From IMG/VR virus record IMGVR_UViG_3300026116_000038: a stretch of DNA of 64,000 bases. One strand, given 5' to 3'. A program made the position numbers and the translations under genes. This DNA comes from an uncultured virus (IMG/VR IMGVR_UViG_3300026116_000038) (lineage: Duplodnaviria > Heunggongvirae > Uroviricota > Caudoviricetes). The stretch's first letter is position 1; every line of letters starts with the position of its first letter. Below, in pieces: positions 1 to 10,215 of the stretch. The notes below the pieces were generated by a model. That model did not search any database. It saw nothing but the letters and a program-made list of their open reading frames with translations, and was not told the DNA's origin.

Positions 1-259
1 CTTATGCTGCTTTACCGGAATCTTATAAAGAGGATTCATGTCTTACTTTCTTTGTGGATATAAATGGAAATATTTGTTCTGAAGATGAAAAGGGTAATCA
101 ATATCTTTTTTTGCCGAAATTTAGTGGAGAGAATGATTTTCCACTTTGGATTTCAATAGCGTAGTTGATAATAAATGATTAGTATATTATATATTATAGG
201 ATTCATAATTTTAATTATTTTAATTTATATGTTTTATGATTTTTATAAATTAATTACAC

Positions 260-589
260 ATGATTGAAATATATAAAAAGGTTGCTAATAACTATATTGA
301 ATGGCACAGAAAAGATAATAATCTTTTACATAGAGAAGATGGCCCAGCTGTAGAATATGCTGATGGTACTAAACAATGGTGTCAAAATGGAAAATTTCAC
401 AGAATAGATGGTCCGGCAATAGAATGTCCTAATGGAACTAAAGCTTGGTATCAAAATGGAAAATATCATAGAACTGATGGACCCGCTATAGAATATTGGA
501 ATGGAGAAAAGCTATATTGTTTAAATGGGAAACATTATCCAGATATTAAAACTGATGAAGAATGGTCAATATTTCAAATAATTAATTAA
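260..589 (+). CDS. HRxDGPA (MORN-like) repeat protein, family A, 3 repeats
   Basis: Repeated HRxDGPA(I/V)E..G.K.WYQNG units; tail TDEEWSIFQIIN. Confidence 0.85.
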   Translation: MIEIYKKVANNYIEWHRKDNNLLHREDGPAVEYADGTKQWCQNGKFHRIDGPAIECPNGTKAWYQNGKYHRTDGPAIEYWNGEKLYCLNGKHYPDIKTDEEWSIFQIIN

Positions 590-592
590 AAA

Positions 593-850
593 ATGATTGA
601 AATATACAAAAAGATTTTTAATAGCCATATTGAATGGCGCAGAAAAGATAATGATCATTTACATAATGATAATGGACCAGCACTAGAGTATGATAGCGTT
701 AAAGAGTGGTTTCAAAATGGCGTTCTTCATAGAACAGATGGTCCTGCAATAGAATTTGTTGATGGAACTAAAGAATATTGGTTAAATAATGAACATTATC
801 CATATATTAAAACAGATGAAGAATGGATTATATTTCAGATAATTAATTAA
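593..850 (+). CDS. HRxDGPA repeat protein, family A
   Basis: 2 repeat units; tail TDEEWIIFQIIN. Confidence 0.85.
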   Translation: MIEIYKKIFNSHIEWRRKDNDHLHNDNGPALEYDSVKEWFQNGVLHRTDGPAIEFVDGTKEYWLNNEHYPYIKTDEEWIIFQIIN

Positions 851-852
851 AA

Positions 853-1254
853 ATGACTAAAGTTTATTCAAAAACAGATAAATACGGAAATACTTCTTGG
901 TATAAAGAAGGTACGAATATTCGTCATAGAGAAGACGGTCCAGCTGTAGAATTTTCTAATGGTGATAAATGTTGGTATCAAAATGGAAAGCTTCATAGAC
1001 TTGATGGTCCAGCTGTAGAATTTTCTAATGGTGATAAATGTTGGTATCAAAATGGAAAGCTTCATAGACTTGATGGTCCAGCTGAAGAATATGCTGATGG
1101 AGATAAATATTGGTATCAACATGGTATATTTCATAGACAAGACGGACCAGCAATTATAAGAGCTGATGGTTATAAAGAATATTGGTTAGATGGTAATCGA
1201 TATTTAAATATTAAAACCGATGAAGAATGGATTATATTTCAAATAATTAATTGA
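853..1254 (+). CDS. HRxDGPA repeat protein, family A, 4 repeats
   Basis: Contains an exact 69-bp internal duplication; tail TDEEWIIFQIIN. Confidence 0.85.
   Translation: MTKVYSKTDKYGNTSWYKEGTNIRHREDGPAVEFSNGDKCWYQNGKLHRLDGPAVEFSNGDKCWYQNGKLHRLDGPAEEYADGDKYWYQHGIFHRQDGPAIIRADGYKEYWLDGNRYLNIKTDEEWIIFQIIN
937..1084 (+). repeat. Perfect 69-bp tandem duplication (2 units plus 10 bp) encoding one 23-aa repeat
   Basis: 937-1005 is identical to 1006-1074. Confidence 0.95.
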
Positions 1255-1255
1255 A

Positions 1256-1600
1256 ATGACCAAAGTATATAGTGTAAATGAAAACGGTAACACTTACTGG
1301 GTTATAGAAGGTACTCGTACTTATCATATGGAAGATGGTCCAGCGATAGAGTATGCTGATGGAACTAATTCGTGGTATCTAAACGGATTACGACATAGAA
1401 TTGACGGTCCTGCAATAGAATATTCTTATGGAGGTAAATGGTGGTTTCAATATGGAATGTTTCATAGAGAAGATGGACCTGCTGTCGAAGAAGTTGATCA
1501 GGCTAACAATAGTTATTATTATAAAGATAAATTATATGAGAATATTTCGTCTGATGAAGAATGGCGACAGCTTGTTTGTATCATTAAGATAATAGATTGA
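1256..1600 (+). CDS. HRxDGPA repeat protein, family A, variant tail
   Basis: 3 repeats; ends SSDEEWRQLVCIIKIID. Confidence 0.8.
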   Translation: MTKVYSVNENGNTYWVIEGTRTYHMEDGPAIEYADGTNSWYLNGLRHRIDGPAIEYSYGGKWWFQYGMFHREDGPAVEEVDQANNSYYYKDKLYENISSDEEWRQLVCIIKIID

Positions 1601-1604
1601 TAAA

Positions 1605-1826
1605 ATGAAAACAATATACATTTTAAGTTATGATAATAATATTCACAATTCAAAATATTTTTCTGAGCTAGAAAAAGCCAAAGAAGGATTGAAAAATATT
1701 AAAAAAGATCGTAAAATAAAACCTGGAGTTTATGTGGTCACTGATTCCGAGTTAGTTTTTTCTTTCACTCTCGGCTGGCAGGAAACACAAGTAACGTACT
1801 CAATAAAAGAATTTAAACTAGACTAG
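1605..1826 (+). CDS. hypothetical protein
   Basis: ORF packed in operon. Confidence 0.6.
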   Translation: MKTIYILSYDNNIHNSKYFSELEKAKEGLKNIKKDRKIKPGVYVVTDSELVFSFTLGWQETQVTYSIKEFKLD

Positions 1827-1927
1827 CTTGACAATATAAAATTAAGACTTAAAATAAAAGTGTTACTGACTGAATTAAATAAAAAATATAACAAAAACGA
1901 TACTAATTAAAAAGGAAATTATAAAAA

Positions 1928-2062
1928 ATGGCAAAGCAAATTATTGATTCTGTTTCTACTCAAACCCCTCTTACTAAGGCTGAAAAGGATTTTATCGCGA
2001 TGGTAAGGAATAATCCTACGATGCCTGAATACGTTGAACTATATTTGGCTGGTATTATTTGA
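1928..2062 (+). CDS. small hypothetical protein (44 aa, MAKQIIDS...)
   Basis: Below ORF-track cutoff; AAGGA RBS and upstream TTGACA promoter (1828). Confidence 0.5.
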   Translation: MAKQIIDSVSTQTPLTKAEKDFIAMVRNNPTMPEYVELYLAGII

Positions 2063-2069
2063 TTATAAA

Positions 2070-2255
2070 ATGTATAAAGTATATTTTATTAATTTTCAAT
2101 ATTATTCAGCGAATGAATCCAGTTCTTTTGAAGAAGCCAAAAATATTGCTAAAAAAGCTGGATTTCAATCTACTATAGAATATAATGGGACAATTGTTGC
2201 TTCTTATTGTCCAATGTTAGGTTGGACATACTTTGTTGAACAAAAAACTGCTTAA
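2070..2255 (+). CDS. hypothetical protein
   Basis: ORF 2034..2255, likely start ATG 2070. Confidence 0.55.
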   Translation: MYKVYFINFQYYSANESSSFEEAKNIAKKAGFQSTIEYNGTIVASYCPMLGWTYFVEQKTA

Positions 2256-2577
2256 GGCTGCAAAACAAGAAAATTTATTGCGATTAGCTAAATATGTAGG
2301 ATTAAAAAAATCATTATCACAAATGAGTTTTAATCAATTAGTAAGATTAATTTTTTGGAGAATAAAACCTAAAAGGTATTAATATGCGTACTGAATCGAA
2401 TCAAAAAAATCAAGAAACTGAAAAGTATATCAATTATAATTTAAATCGTGAACAAGAACGTTTCATTAAGGCAGAGAAAGTAGACCCTACTCTTAAGGTT
2501 TCTTTTGCTGATTTGCTGAAAAAAAGCTTGACAAAGTAAAATTTATAATTATTATTTCTATACAAGAAAGTTTGTAA

Positions 2578-2910
2578 ATGAAATTACAATGGTTTGTGAA
2601 TGAAAAACATTTGTTCGATTCAGAAGGTGATGTGCCATTTGTCGGACAATTAATTCATATCAATGATAACACCCAACCTAATCGCTTTCATAAAGAAAAA
2701 TATAAAGTTTTGTGGGTAGAAAGATCAATTTTTGTATCAACAAAAGACATTTCTGCGGTAAAGACTAAATCAAAAGACGTAGAAGATCGATACTATGAAT
2801 GTATAGATATTATTAATAAAGAAACTGAAGGTGGCGTTGTATTTCAAATTTTTTCTCATTTTATGAAATATTCCAAAGATATCGCGCAAATTAATTTAGC
2901 AAAGCTATAA
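2578..2910 (+). CDS. hypothetical protein
   Basis: ORF downstream of a TTGACA promoter. Confidence 0.6.
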   Translation: MKLQWFVNEKHLFDSEGDVPFVGQLIHINDNTQPNRFHKEKYKVLWVERSIFVSTKDISAVKTKSKDVEDRYYECIDIINKETEGGVVFQIFSHFMKYSKDIAQINLAKL

Positions 2911-2915
2911 TATTC

Positions 2916-3191
2916 ATGAATCATTTAAATTTTCGCCATGAAATAAGTTCTAATGGATTTCATAGGATAGTTGAAACCATTTCGAATGCAGAAGGAAGCT
3001 GGGCTAATTATACTAGCCCAGCATTTCTTAAAATTGATAATAGGATATTTGCAGTTCTTACAAAATATTACGCTTCTTATGAAGAGTCACCAAATTCATT
3101 TCCACCAGTAGAAACGGTATTTGAAATGGTAACAGTACATACTGAACATGCTGAAGTTGAAATGAATTTAAGGGCAAAATATTTAACATGA
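2916..3191 (+). CDS. hypothetical protein
   Basis: ORF packed in operon. Confidence 0.6.
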   Translation: MNHLNFRHEISSNGFHRIVETISNAEGSWANYTSPAFLKIDNRIFAVLTKYYASYEESPNSFPPVETVFEMVTVHTEHAEVEMNLRAKYLT

Positions 3192-3397
3192 CTAAAAAGA
3201 ATTCTACAGAGATAAAAAAATCTACGATAATTTCACCTTCTCTTTATGAAAGAGAAAAAGATTATAAAACTAATTTAGAGACAGCTGCAAAACTGTTTCA
3301 TACTGTATGGGGAGAAGCTCACGATTCTCCTGATTACAATAAACAAAATTGGATTGAATTACAAAATACATTATTTAAATTAGGTATAAAAGTATAG
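3188..3397 (+). CDS. hypothetical protein
   Basis: ATGA overlap with upstream ORF. Confidence 0.6.
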   Translation: MTKKNSTEIKKSTIISPSLYEREKDYKTNLETAAKLFHTVWGEAHDSPDYNKQNWIELQNTLFKLGIKV

Positions 3398-3471
3398 TTG
3401 ACAATAAAATATTAATGAATATGTTGTTTGGGTAACGGTACGAAACATTATTTATAAAGGAAATAAGAATT

Positions 3472-3813
3472 ATGATTATTATGAATACATTTAAAACTAA
3501 AATTGGTTCAAGTGGTAAAAGGAATCGAGCAGCTCGCCGTCGAATGGAACGTCGTGCGGCATTTCACAATTCAAAGAAATTTGACTTGGGTGAAGAGATC
3601 TATGCTGAATCTGGTGTAATTGAAATTGTTCCATCTACAATGGAAACTGAAGCTTTGGATCTTTCTACAATTTGGAACGAAGAGACTGCTCGAAAGGCAC
3701 TAGCTATGTTCGCAAATTCTGGTAAGAGTCAGCGGGCATTTGCTGCGGAACATTCATTTCCGGAGTCTCGTCTTCGGTCTTGGAAGAAGAAGCTCGAAAC
3801 CCAAGCTGCATAA
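3472..3813 (+). CDS. putative DNA-binding protein with C-terminal HTH (resembles the IS66 TnpA-type HTH)
   Basis: W.EE.AR..L.....SG.SQRAFAAEH......LRSWKKKL pattern; basic N-terminus. Confidence 0.5.
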   Translation: MIIMNTFKTKIGSSGKRNRAARRRMERRAAFHNSKKFDLGEEIYAESGVIEIVPSTMETEALDLSTIWNEETARKALAMFANSGKSQRAFAAEHSFPESRLRSWKKKLETQAA

Positions 3814-4003
3814 GATTTCTGAATAATTATAGCAAGTTATGAGAGAAAGCGGTCGCAAACAATAAAAAGAATGCGTCCGACGAAAAGATAGTTGACAAGA
3901 GAAGAGACAGTGACTACATAATAGATACGAACGGAAGCCCAGAGCAATACCGCAGCAAGCTTCCAAAATTTATAAAAAAGAAAAACAAAAGGAAAATATT
4001 AAA

Positions 4004-4399
4004 ATGGCTATCAAGAAGAATGAGACGAGTGATAAGAGTGAGTCGACGTTGGCGGTTTCTTTGGGAAATGAGTTCCGCGAAGTATTGAAGCAGCATGCAG
4101 CTAAGGAAGGTAAGGCTGAAGCGCATATTGCTCGATTGGCACTACAGGCTTATCTGACTAGTGCTGGCTACAAGGTTCCTGAAGTTGTAGAAGCTAAGAA
4201 GGGGCCGAAGGCTGGTGCTAATGTTAACCCGTTGGCAGCAAAGTTTGGTCTTACTAATGCTGAATTTAACCGCCGAGTTATTCATTTTCTATCGCATGGT
4301 GGTGATGCAAAGAAGGTTGCTACCCAGGATTGGTCAGCTTATCCTATGCCTGCGCCGAAGGCCCGTGCTAAGGCTGACTCAATTACTGAGCAGGCGTGA
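4004..4399 (+). CDS. putative ribbon-helix-helix (CopG/Arc-like) DNA-binding protein
   Basis: LAVSL..EFREVLKQHA..EG...AHIARLALQAYL; own promoter, strong RBS, terminator downstream. Confidence 0.55.
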   Translation: MAIKKNETSDKSESTLAVSLGNEFREVLKQHAAKEGKAEAHIARLALQAYLTSAGYKVPEVVEAKKGPKAGANVNPLAAKFGLTNAEFNRRVIHFLSHGGDAKKVATQDWSAYPMPAPKARAKADSITEQA

Positions 4400-4426
4400 A
4401 ACTAGCAATCAACAATTGGCTGGATT

Positions 4427-4460
4427 AAGAGTGATCGAATTGATTTTGATCACTCTTTTT
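4427..4460 (+). terminator. intrinsic terminator
   Basis: AAGAGTGATC...GATCACTCTT hairpin followed by T-run. Confidence 0.75.
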
Positions 4461-4482
4461 CTTTTACATAAGGTTTTTATTT

Positions 4483-4866
4483 ATGAGTGCTGATAATGGT
4501 ATTTACATTGCGAAATTTCCTATTGCAAATGATTCTAGTAATGTAGAATTTCGCGTAAAAGAACTTCAGAATATTGAAGATTGCTATGCTAATGGTCATA
4601 GCTCTTTACCATTAGAGATAGCATTAGCAATGAGAGTAATTGCTTTTAGTGATTCCACAGTTTTTGAATCTAAAAAAGAAGCTGAAACTTATGCCATACA
4701 ACTTTACAATGATATTATGAACGGTGAATGTCCTATTATTGAATATGGCATTTGCGATATTGAATTTGAAGAACCTTTGCCAAAAATTAGTATTAAAACT
4801 GCTAGAGATTTCATTGATGATTATTTTGGTTTAATCAGGAAATTTAATAGTTATAAATGTTTATAA
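4483..4866 (+). CDS. hypothetical phage protein (MSADNGIYI N-terminus)
   Basis: ORF. Confidence 0.6.
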   Translation: MSADNGIYIAKFPIANDSSNVEFRVKELQNIEDCYANGHSSLPLEIALAMRVIAFSDSTVFESKKEAETYAIQLYNDIMNGECPIIEYGICDIEFEEPLPKISIKTARDFIDDYFGLIRKFNSYKCL

Positions 4867-4876
4867 CTACCATTGC

Positions 4877-5083
4877 ATGGACTATTTATCTCATAAATTA
4901 AAACCTCATATCTTCTTTGGTTACGAAGATGCTGAAGATTTTAAATGTGATATTTGCGGTGTATGTTTGGCTTACTGTAATAATAAATATTACTTAATGG
5001 ATAATGATGGATTTGTGCAAGATTATTTTAATAAGTTTAAATTAACTTGTAATGAATGGATAATTAAAAGTATCCTGGAATAA
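4877..5083 (+). CDS. small Zn-finger-like protein, family B
   Basis: H...CDIC...LTCNEWIIKSILE. Confidence 0.7.
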   Translation: MDYLSHKLKPHIFFGYEDAEDFKCDICGVCLAYCNNKYYLMDNDGFVQDYFNKFKLTCNEWIIKSILE

Positions 5084-5087
5084 AAAT

Positions 5088-5288
5088 ATGAATTTTTCAC
5101 AAGCATTAGGATACATTAAAGCTGGGCATATGATTAGACATAAATATGATGTGACTTCATATTTACTTATGCGCGGCAAAAAAGAAATAATGCAAGTGAA
5201 AAGTGATGGTAAAGGCAATATTACATCTACTATTTATATAGCTTATTCTGATGATTTAATGGCTGAAGATTATGAAGTAATTACATAG
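5088..5288 (+). CDS. DUF2829 / Tad2-like protein (possible anti-defence nucleotide sponge)
   Basis: MNFSQAL..IKAG..I.. start and DLMAEDYEV end match the DUF2829 pattern (MNF.QAL..LK.G.KV.R ... D.LA.DW..V). Confidence 0.55.
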   Translation: MNFSQALGYIKAGHMIRHKYDVTSYLLMRGKKEIMQVKSDGKGNITSTIYIAYSDDLMAEDYEVIT

Positions 5289-5720
5289 GTGTTGCAAATG
5301 GATAAAATTTTTAATGTTTTAGATAAAATTCAAACACCTAAAGGACCAGGAGTGATTAAATCTCTTAAAAAAAGTACGTATAGCAATAGAATTTTATTCT
5401 ATATTGTAGAGTTAGATTCTGGAGAACAGTATATTTGTCCAACTGTATCGGCTAAACAATTAAAGTAATTTTGTTATTATGGATTTTTTATGAAAAATAA
5501 AATTAAAAATGTAATAATTTATATGTTTATTTCAATAGTATTATTATTGATAATTGGATATTGCATAGCCGCGTACACGGATCCAATCGTAAGTGTGTAA
5601 ATGCAATTGATATTTAATTTAATAATGTTTATTTATGGATTATATATTAATTTAGTAGATACAATTGTAGATTACATTAGAAAATAATTATTGTAAAATT
5701 AAAAATATTAAGAATATAAA

Positions 5721-5975
5721 ATGAAAATTGAACGTGGTAATTTTGTATATTATGGTTCTGATCCTGAATCTCCTGCGGCAAAATCAGATTTGCGCATTGG
5801 TGATTTGATTCTATCGATTAATGGTATTACGTTAGAAACAAATGATGATTTGAATAAAGCTTTGGCAAATTGTGTTGGATTTTTTACATTCGTAGAAGTT
5901 TTACGTGGAGATAAGATTCTATCAATTAAAATTGATATTCCAATTTCTGAATCTAATTCACGGTCATTAAATTAA
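5721..5975 (+). CDS. stand-alone PDZ-domain protein
   Basis: PESPAAKSDLRIGDLILSING...VEVLRG. Confidence 0.8.
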   Translation: MKIERGNFVYYGSDPESPAAKSDLRIGDLILSINGITLETNDDLNKALANCVGFFTFVEVLRGDKILSIKIDIPISESNSRSLN

Positions 5976-5990
5976 TGAAGGAATAAAGCA

Positions 5991-6335
5991 ATGCAAGAAT
6001 TTTGGATTAGTAAAACTTTTGTTCCAAAAGAACATCATTCGAATGATTCACATGCATGTATGAAAGTTTTCATACCAAATGAATGCGTACATTGTAATCA
6101 TAAATTAATCATTACATATGGCAATCATAATGATGCATCTCATTTTGCAGATGCGTGTTATCATTTTTTTACTTATACCAATGTTTGGGAAAATAGAATT
6201 AAAATTTCTATTAAACTGGACCCTAAAGATGATGGGGTTAAATGTAAAAAATGTGGAAATTTTGCGCACATGGCGATATCTAATCAAAATGACGGATCTT
6301 TTATTTGTTATAGTTGTAGGCAAATTCCTTGGTAA
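5991..6335 (+). CDS. Cys-rich Zn-ribbon hypothetical protein
   Basis: CVHC, CKKC and CYSC motifs. Confidence 0.6.
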   Translation: MQEFWISKTFVPKEHHSNDSHACMKVFIPNECVHCNHKLIITYGNHNDASHFADACYHFFTYTNVWENRIKISIKLDPKDDGVKCKKCGNFAHMAISNQNDGSFICYSCRQIPW

Positions 6336-6339
6336 GCTA

Positions 6340-6368
6340 TTGACTCTATTAAATATTGTGATTATAAT
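6340..6368 (+). promoter_or_regulatory. sigma70-type promoter for the helicase
   Basis: TTGACT-N17-TATAAT. Confidence 0.7.
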
Positions 6369-6468
6369 ATAAATATATAAATAATTTTAAAATACGAACT
6401 AGCAATTGTCGAGCGGTGAAAACCTTATCTGTTAAAAACAATTCCTCCACCAACCTAAGGGAGAAATT

Positions 6469-8688
6469 GTGTCTAAAACTTATAATAAAAAATCAACATA
6501 CAAACCTTATGTCGCTCCAGTAATTGAAAGAAAACCTAGATTCATTCCGCCTAATGGTTGGTTATCTGAATTTCAAAATTTATTTGATTTTGCAGTAATT
6601 AGTTCTGAACATGGATCAATTAATGCTGTAGCTGGTAGCGGTAAAACAACAGCTATTGTAGAATTAGCTTATAAATATTTAGAAGCATTTCCTTATCATA
6701 AAGTTCTGGCCGTTGCTTTTAATACTTCTATTAGGAAAGAATTACAAGCTAGAATGCCTGAAGGCGTTAATGTTCAAACTTGCCACAGTTTTGGTTATAA
6801 ATCTGTAATTAAAAATTGGGGCAAAGGAAGAGCTAACTTTGATCTCCAGGGCCCTAAAGGTTTTATTGTACAAAATCTTGCAGAGAACGAAATTGGTTAT
6901 GAAAAAGAAAAAGCAGATGACAGAGATTCACTTTGCCATGCTGTAAGTCTTTGTAAAACGCGATTAGCTTCTAATATTGATGAAGTTATTGAAGTTATAG
7001 CTGCATGGAATATTGATAGTAGTTATCCTAAAGAAATATTTGCTCAATATGTTTTAAACATTATGAACCATATGAAGAATCAACCAAGTTTGAGTGTTGA
7101 TAAGCGTATGGCCATTACTTTCGATGATCAGGTATGGTTGCCAATTGTAAATGATTGGGCTGCTCCAGAACAATATGATTTAGTTTTAGTTGATGAAGCT
7201 CAAGATTTATCACCAGCTAGAAAAGAAATAATTAGACGCTCTCTCAAAAAAGGTGGGAGAATGATTATTGTGGGTGATAAGTATCAGTGTGTTTCCGTTG
7301 AATCTATGATTGATACTCCAAATGGTAAAAAATTAGTTACCGATCTTAAAGTTGGAGATGAAGTTTTATCATATAGAAACGGATATATTGTACCACAAAT
7401 TATTAAACGTAAAGAATTATCTTATTGGGATCATGGAATTAAAGTTATAACTGAATCTAGTAAATCTATGACTATGAGTCCAAATCATAAATTGTGGATT
7501 GAAGATTTCAGTGACAATTTTGTTGACAATAATTCTAATATTAATATATATGCTCATAGTAAAAATAATAATACTGTAGTTGATTATAATTTAAATTATT
7601 ATGTAGCTATAACAAAATCTTTTAATAATTATCGTGATGCATTAAAATTTGCGCAAGAAATGCAAATTAAATTAAAAACAGAAATAATTCATAAATTAGT
7701 TATATCTGATAATAAATATGGTACAATGATAAAAGCTAGTGAACTTCATGTTGGTATGAAAGTTCCTGTTATGATTAATAATACATTGAAACTTGAATCA
7801 ATAACTTCTATTGATCGAGTGAATGGACAGTTTATTGATTTAGATGTTGATGATGCTTCAAATTTTTTCAGCGATGGTATTTTAACACATAATTCCATTT
7901 ATGCATTTGCTGGAGCTGATATTCATGCTTTACAAGATATCACCAAAGAGTTAAATGCAGTTGAATTACCACTTACTTGTTCTTTTAGATGTGCTAAAAA
8001 TATTGTAAAAGAAGCTCAACAATATAACCCGGCTATACAGCATAGAGTTGATGCTCCTGATGGAATTGTAGATATTGTAACTCCTGCTGAAATGATTAAA
8101 AAAGTTAAAGCTGGAGATGCTGTTGTAAGTAGAACTAATGCTGTTTTAGTTAAAGTATTTTTTCATCTTGCTAAAAATGGAACTAAGGTTAGATTGTTGG
8201 GGAAAGATTTTGCCGCTTCAATTGGACAAAGAGTTTTATCATGGCAGAAAAAAGCCAAAAAAGCAAAGCGGAAATTTACGGCCGAAGATTTAATTGAAAA
8301 AAATGCCGAATGGTTAGATGAGCAAATTAAATTCCTTAAAAAGAAAAAGATGTCTACTGATCGTGCTGAAGATGAGCATGATACAATAAATTCTTTATGT
8401 GAAGACCTTTCGGTTAAATTAAACACTGAAGAGGCTATTAAAGAAGTGTTAACTAGAATTAATACTATTTTTTCTGCTGATGAGGAGCCTGGTGGTCATG
8501 ACGGTAAATCTTGTGTTACTTTAAGTAGTACTCATAAATTTAAAGGGCTTGAAAGAGATCATATATATTTAATGTGGGATACGTTTAGACCTTTTTCATC
8601 TGAAGAAGAAACAAATATAGCTTACGTAGGAGTTACTAGAGCTAAAAATCATTTATCTTATGTTAAGGGAAAGCTTTTAAATTTATGA
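6469..8688 (+). CDS. UvrD/Rep-like superfamily 1 helicase containing an intein
   Basis: AVAGSGKT (Walker A), LVDEAQD, VGDKYQ|intein|SIYAFAGAD, SFRC, STHKFKGLE, YVGVTRAK. Confidence 0.92.
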   Translation: MSKTYNKKSTYKPYVAPVIERKPRFIPPNGWLSEFQNLFDFAVISSEHGSINAVAGSGKTTAIVELAYKYLEAFPYHKVLAVAFNTSIRKELQARMPEGVNVQTCHSFGYKSVIKNWGKGRANFDLQGPKGFIVQNLAENEIGYEKEKADDRDSLCHAVSLCKTRLASNIDEVIEVIAAWNIDSSYPKEIFAQYVLNIMNHMKNQPSLSVDKRMAITFDDQVWLPIVNDWAAPEQYDLVLVDEAQDLSPARKEIIRRSLKKGGRMIIVGDKYQCVSVESMIDTPNGKKLVTDLKVGDEVLSYRNGYIVPQIIKRKELSYWDHGIKVITESSKSMTMSPNHKLWIEDFSDNFVDNNSNINIYAHSKNNNTVVDYNLNYYVAITKSFNNYRDALKFAQEMQIKLKTEIIHKLVISDNKYGTMIKASELHVGMKVPVMINNTLKLESITSIDRVNGQFIDLDVDDASNFFSDGILTHNSIYAFAGADIHALQDITKELNAVELPLTCSFRCAKNIVKEAQQYNPAIQHRVDAPDGIVDIVTPAEMIKKVKAGDAVVSRTNAVLVKVFFHLAKNGTKVRLLGKDFAASIGQRVLSWQKKAKKAKRKFTAEDLIEKNAEWLDEQIKFLKKKKMSTDRAEDEHDTINSLCEDLSVKLNTEEAIKEVLTRINTIFSADEEPGGHDGKSCVTLSSTHKFKGLERDHIYLMWDTFRPFSSEEETNIAYVGVTRAKNHLSYVKGKLLNL
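7288..7893 (+). mobile_element. intein (202 aa, no recognisable homing endonuclease) in helicase motif III
   Basis: Starts CVSVESMIDTPNG; SPNHKLW block B; ends DLDVDDASNFFSDGILTHN followed by Ser. Confidence 0.9.
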
Positions 8689-8921
8689 CAAGTAAATATA
8701 AAAAACTAATTTGGATAGTAAATGAATGTCCTAATTGCGGAATAAAAAGTGAATCAAAACCCGCTAAATGGAATTATGATAAAGATGAATTAAAAAACAC
8801 GAAAGAAGTTTGTACTTCATTGGAAATATGTATTCACAATTTAAAACTCAACTATGATTATTTAAAATCAGATATTGATAAGATATTATATCATTTAAAT
8901 ATGGATGATGATAATAATTAA
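8685..8921 (+). CDS. hypothetical protein (CxxC)
   Basis: ORF; similar layout to 15893..16099. Confidence 0.55.
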   Translation: MTSKYKKLIWIVNECPNCGIKSESKPAKWNYDKDELKNTKEVCTSLEICIHNLKLNYDYLKSDIDKILYHLNMDDDNN

Positions 8922-8972
8922 TTAATAAAATAGACATTGACATTTTAAATTAAAAGTATTATCTAATAAAGA

Positions 8973-9278
8973 ATGAAAGCTGAAAATTTATTACCTGATA
9001 TTATTTGTAATGGTAATGCTGTATGGATTAAATCTGGAGATATTTGTTTAGCTAGATTTAATCAGCAAAGTAGAGAATATAAAAATCCTAAACCTTGCAT
9101 TGATGAATATACTATTTATTCCAATGAAGACACAGATCTATATTCTGCTTGGACAATATTTGTTAGTCAAGTAAATAAGAGATTTGGAGTTACAGTTTTA
9201 AACGAACATAAACCAAGTTTTGTTCCTAGCTTTCGTACATTGCGATACAGTAAGTATTTGTCTATTATTGACATATAG
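8973..9278 (+). CDS. hypothetical protein
   Basis: ORF. Confidence 0.6.
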   Translation: MKAENLLPDIICNGNAVWIKSGDICLARFNQQSREYKNPKPCIDEYTIYSNEDTDLYSAWTIFVSQVNKRFGVTVLNEHKPSFVPSFRTLRYSKYLSIIDI

Positions 9279-9294
9279 AGAATAGAGAATTATC

Positions 9295-10215
9295 ATGGGA
9301 TTATCAGAAAGTGAACGTTACAGTAATATTGTAGAAATTGTTAATCAATTATATTCTTTAAATGAATTTAAAGATTATAGATATTTAGTTTTTAATAAGA
9401 TCATTAAAGATCTTTGGTATTGTTTACTGGCTGATAGTGCTAACAACTCTTATTGGTTATGTGGAGGAACATATAATGAAAACTCTATTTCTTCCACGAA
9501 TATCTTTGGTTGCGCAATGATTAAAGCTAAAGATGGTGAAGAATTAGGTAATAAACCATCTATAAATGAATATAATCAATATGATTTAAAGTTACCAACT
9601 GCAATAAGTGTTTTAAAATGGAATGGGTATTCAGAAGATGCAAATGTATTAAAAATATTTACATTGACTGAAAAATATTTTTATTATATAAATAGATATC
9701 AAGATGGCTTTTCAAAATCATTTATTCAACTTACAAAAAACATATGTGAATTACAAGGATTGTGTTATAAAATAATATCTAATGATGCTACTTTTTTAAA
9801 GTGTTGGTTAATTGAAAAAATATATGAAAAACTTATAGTATATAATATTAATGATGCTGTAGATAATTGTTTTCTTAATGTAATTATAACTCCAGTTAGG
9901 TTAAATAACATTTCTTTTAAATGGATTTATAATTTGTATAAAGAATTGCAAATGAAAAAGATGTCAACTGAAAAGCGATTAGTAATTTCTTTAGTTTTAT
10001 CTGGAGATAGTTTTCATTCATTTCAACTTTCAAAATTATTTAGTATTATTGAAAATTATAATAAATTAAATAAAAATGATAAAATTAATCCAGAACTAAT
10101 AGAAAAGATTTGTATAGGTAATTCTAAGATAAAAGAAAAGTTTGACAAGGAATCAAAAGAAGTATACTCTGGTTACTGTGACCTAACGTGCCAAAGGACC
10201 GGGTTAAATGACTAA
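9295..10215 (+). CDS. hypothetical protein
   Basis: 306-aa ORF. Confidence 0.65.
   Translation: MGLSESERYSNIVEIVNQLYSLNEFKDYRYLVFNKIIKDLWYCLLADSANNSYWLCGGTYNENSISSTNIFGCAMIKAKDGEELGNKPSINEYNQYDLKLPTAISVLKWNGYSEDANVLKIFTLTEKYFYYINRYQDGFSKSFIQLTKNICELQGLCYKIISNDATFLKCWLIEKIYEKLIVYNINDAVDNCFLNVIITPVRLNNISFKWIYNLYKELQMKKMSTEKRLVISLVLSGDSFHSFQLSKLFSIIENYNKLNKNDKINPELIEKICIGNSKIKEKFDKESKEVYSGYCDLTCQRTGLND

Noticed and set aside
3472..3813. IS66 element
   Set aside because: Only a TnpA-like HTH resemblance; no TnpB/TnpC transposase or terminal inverted repeats.
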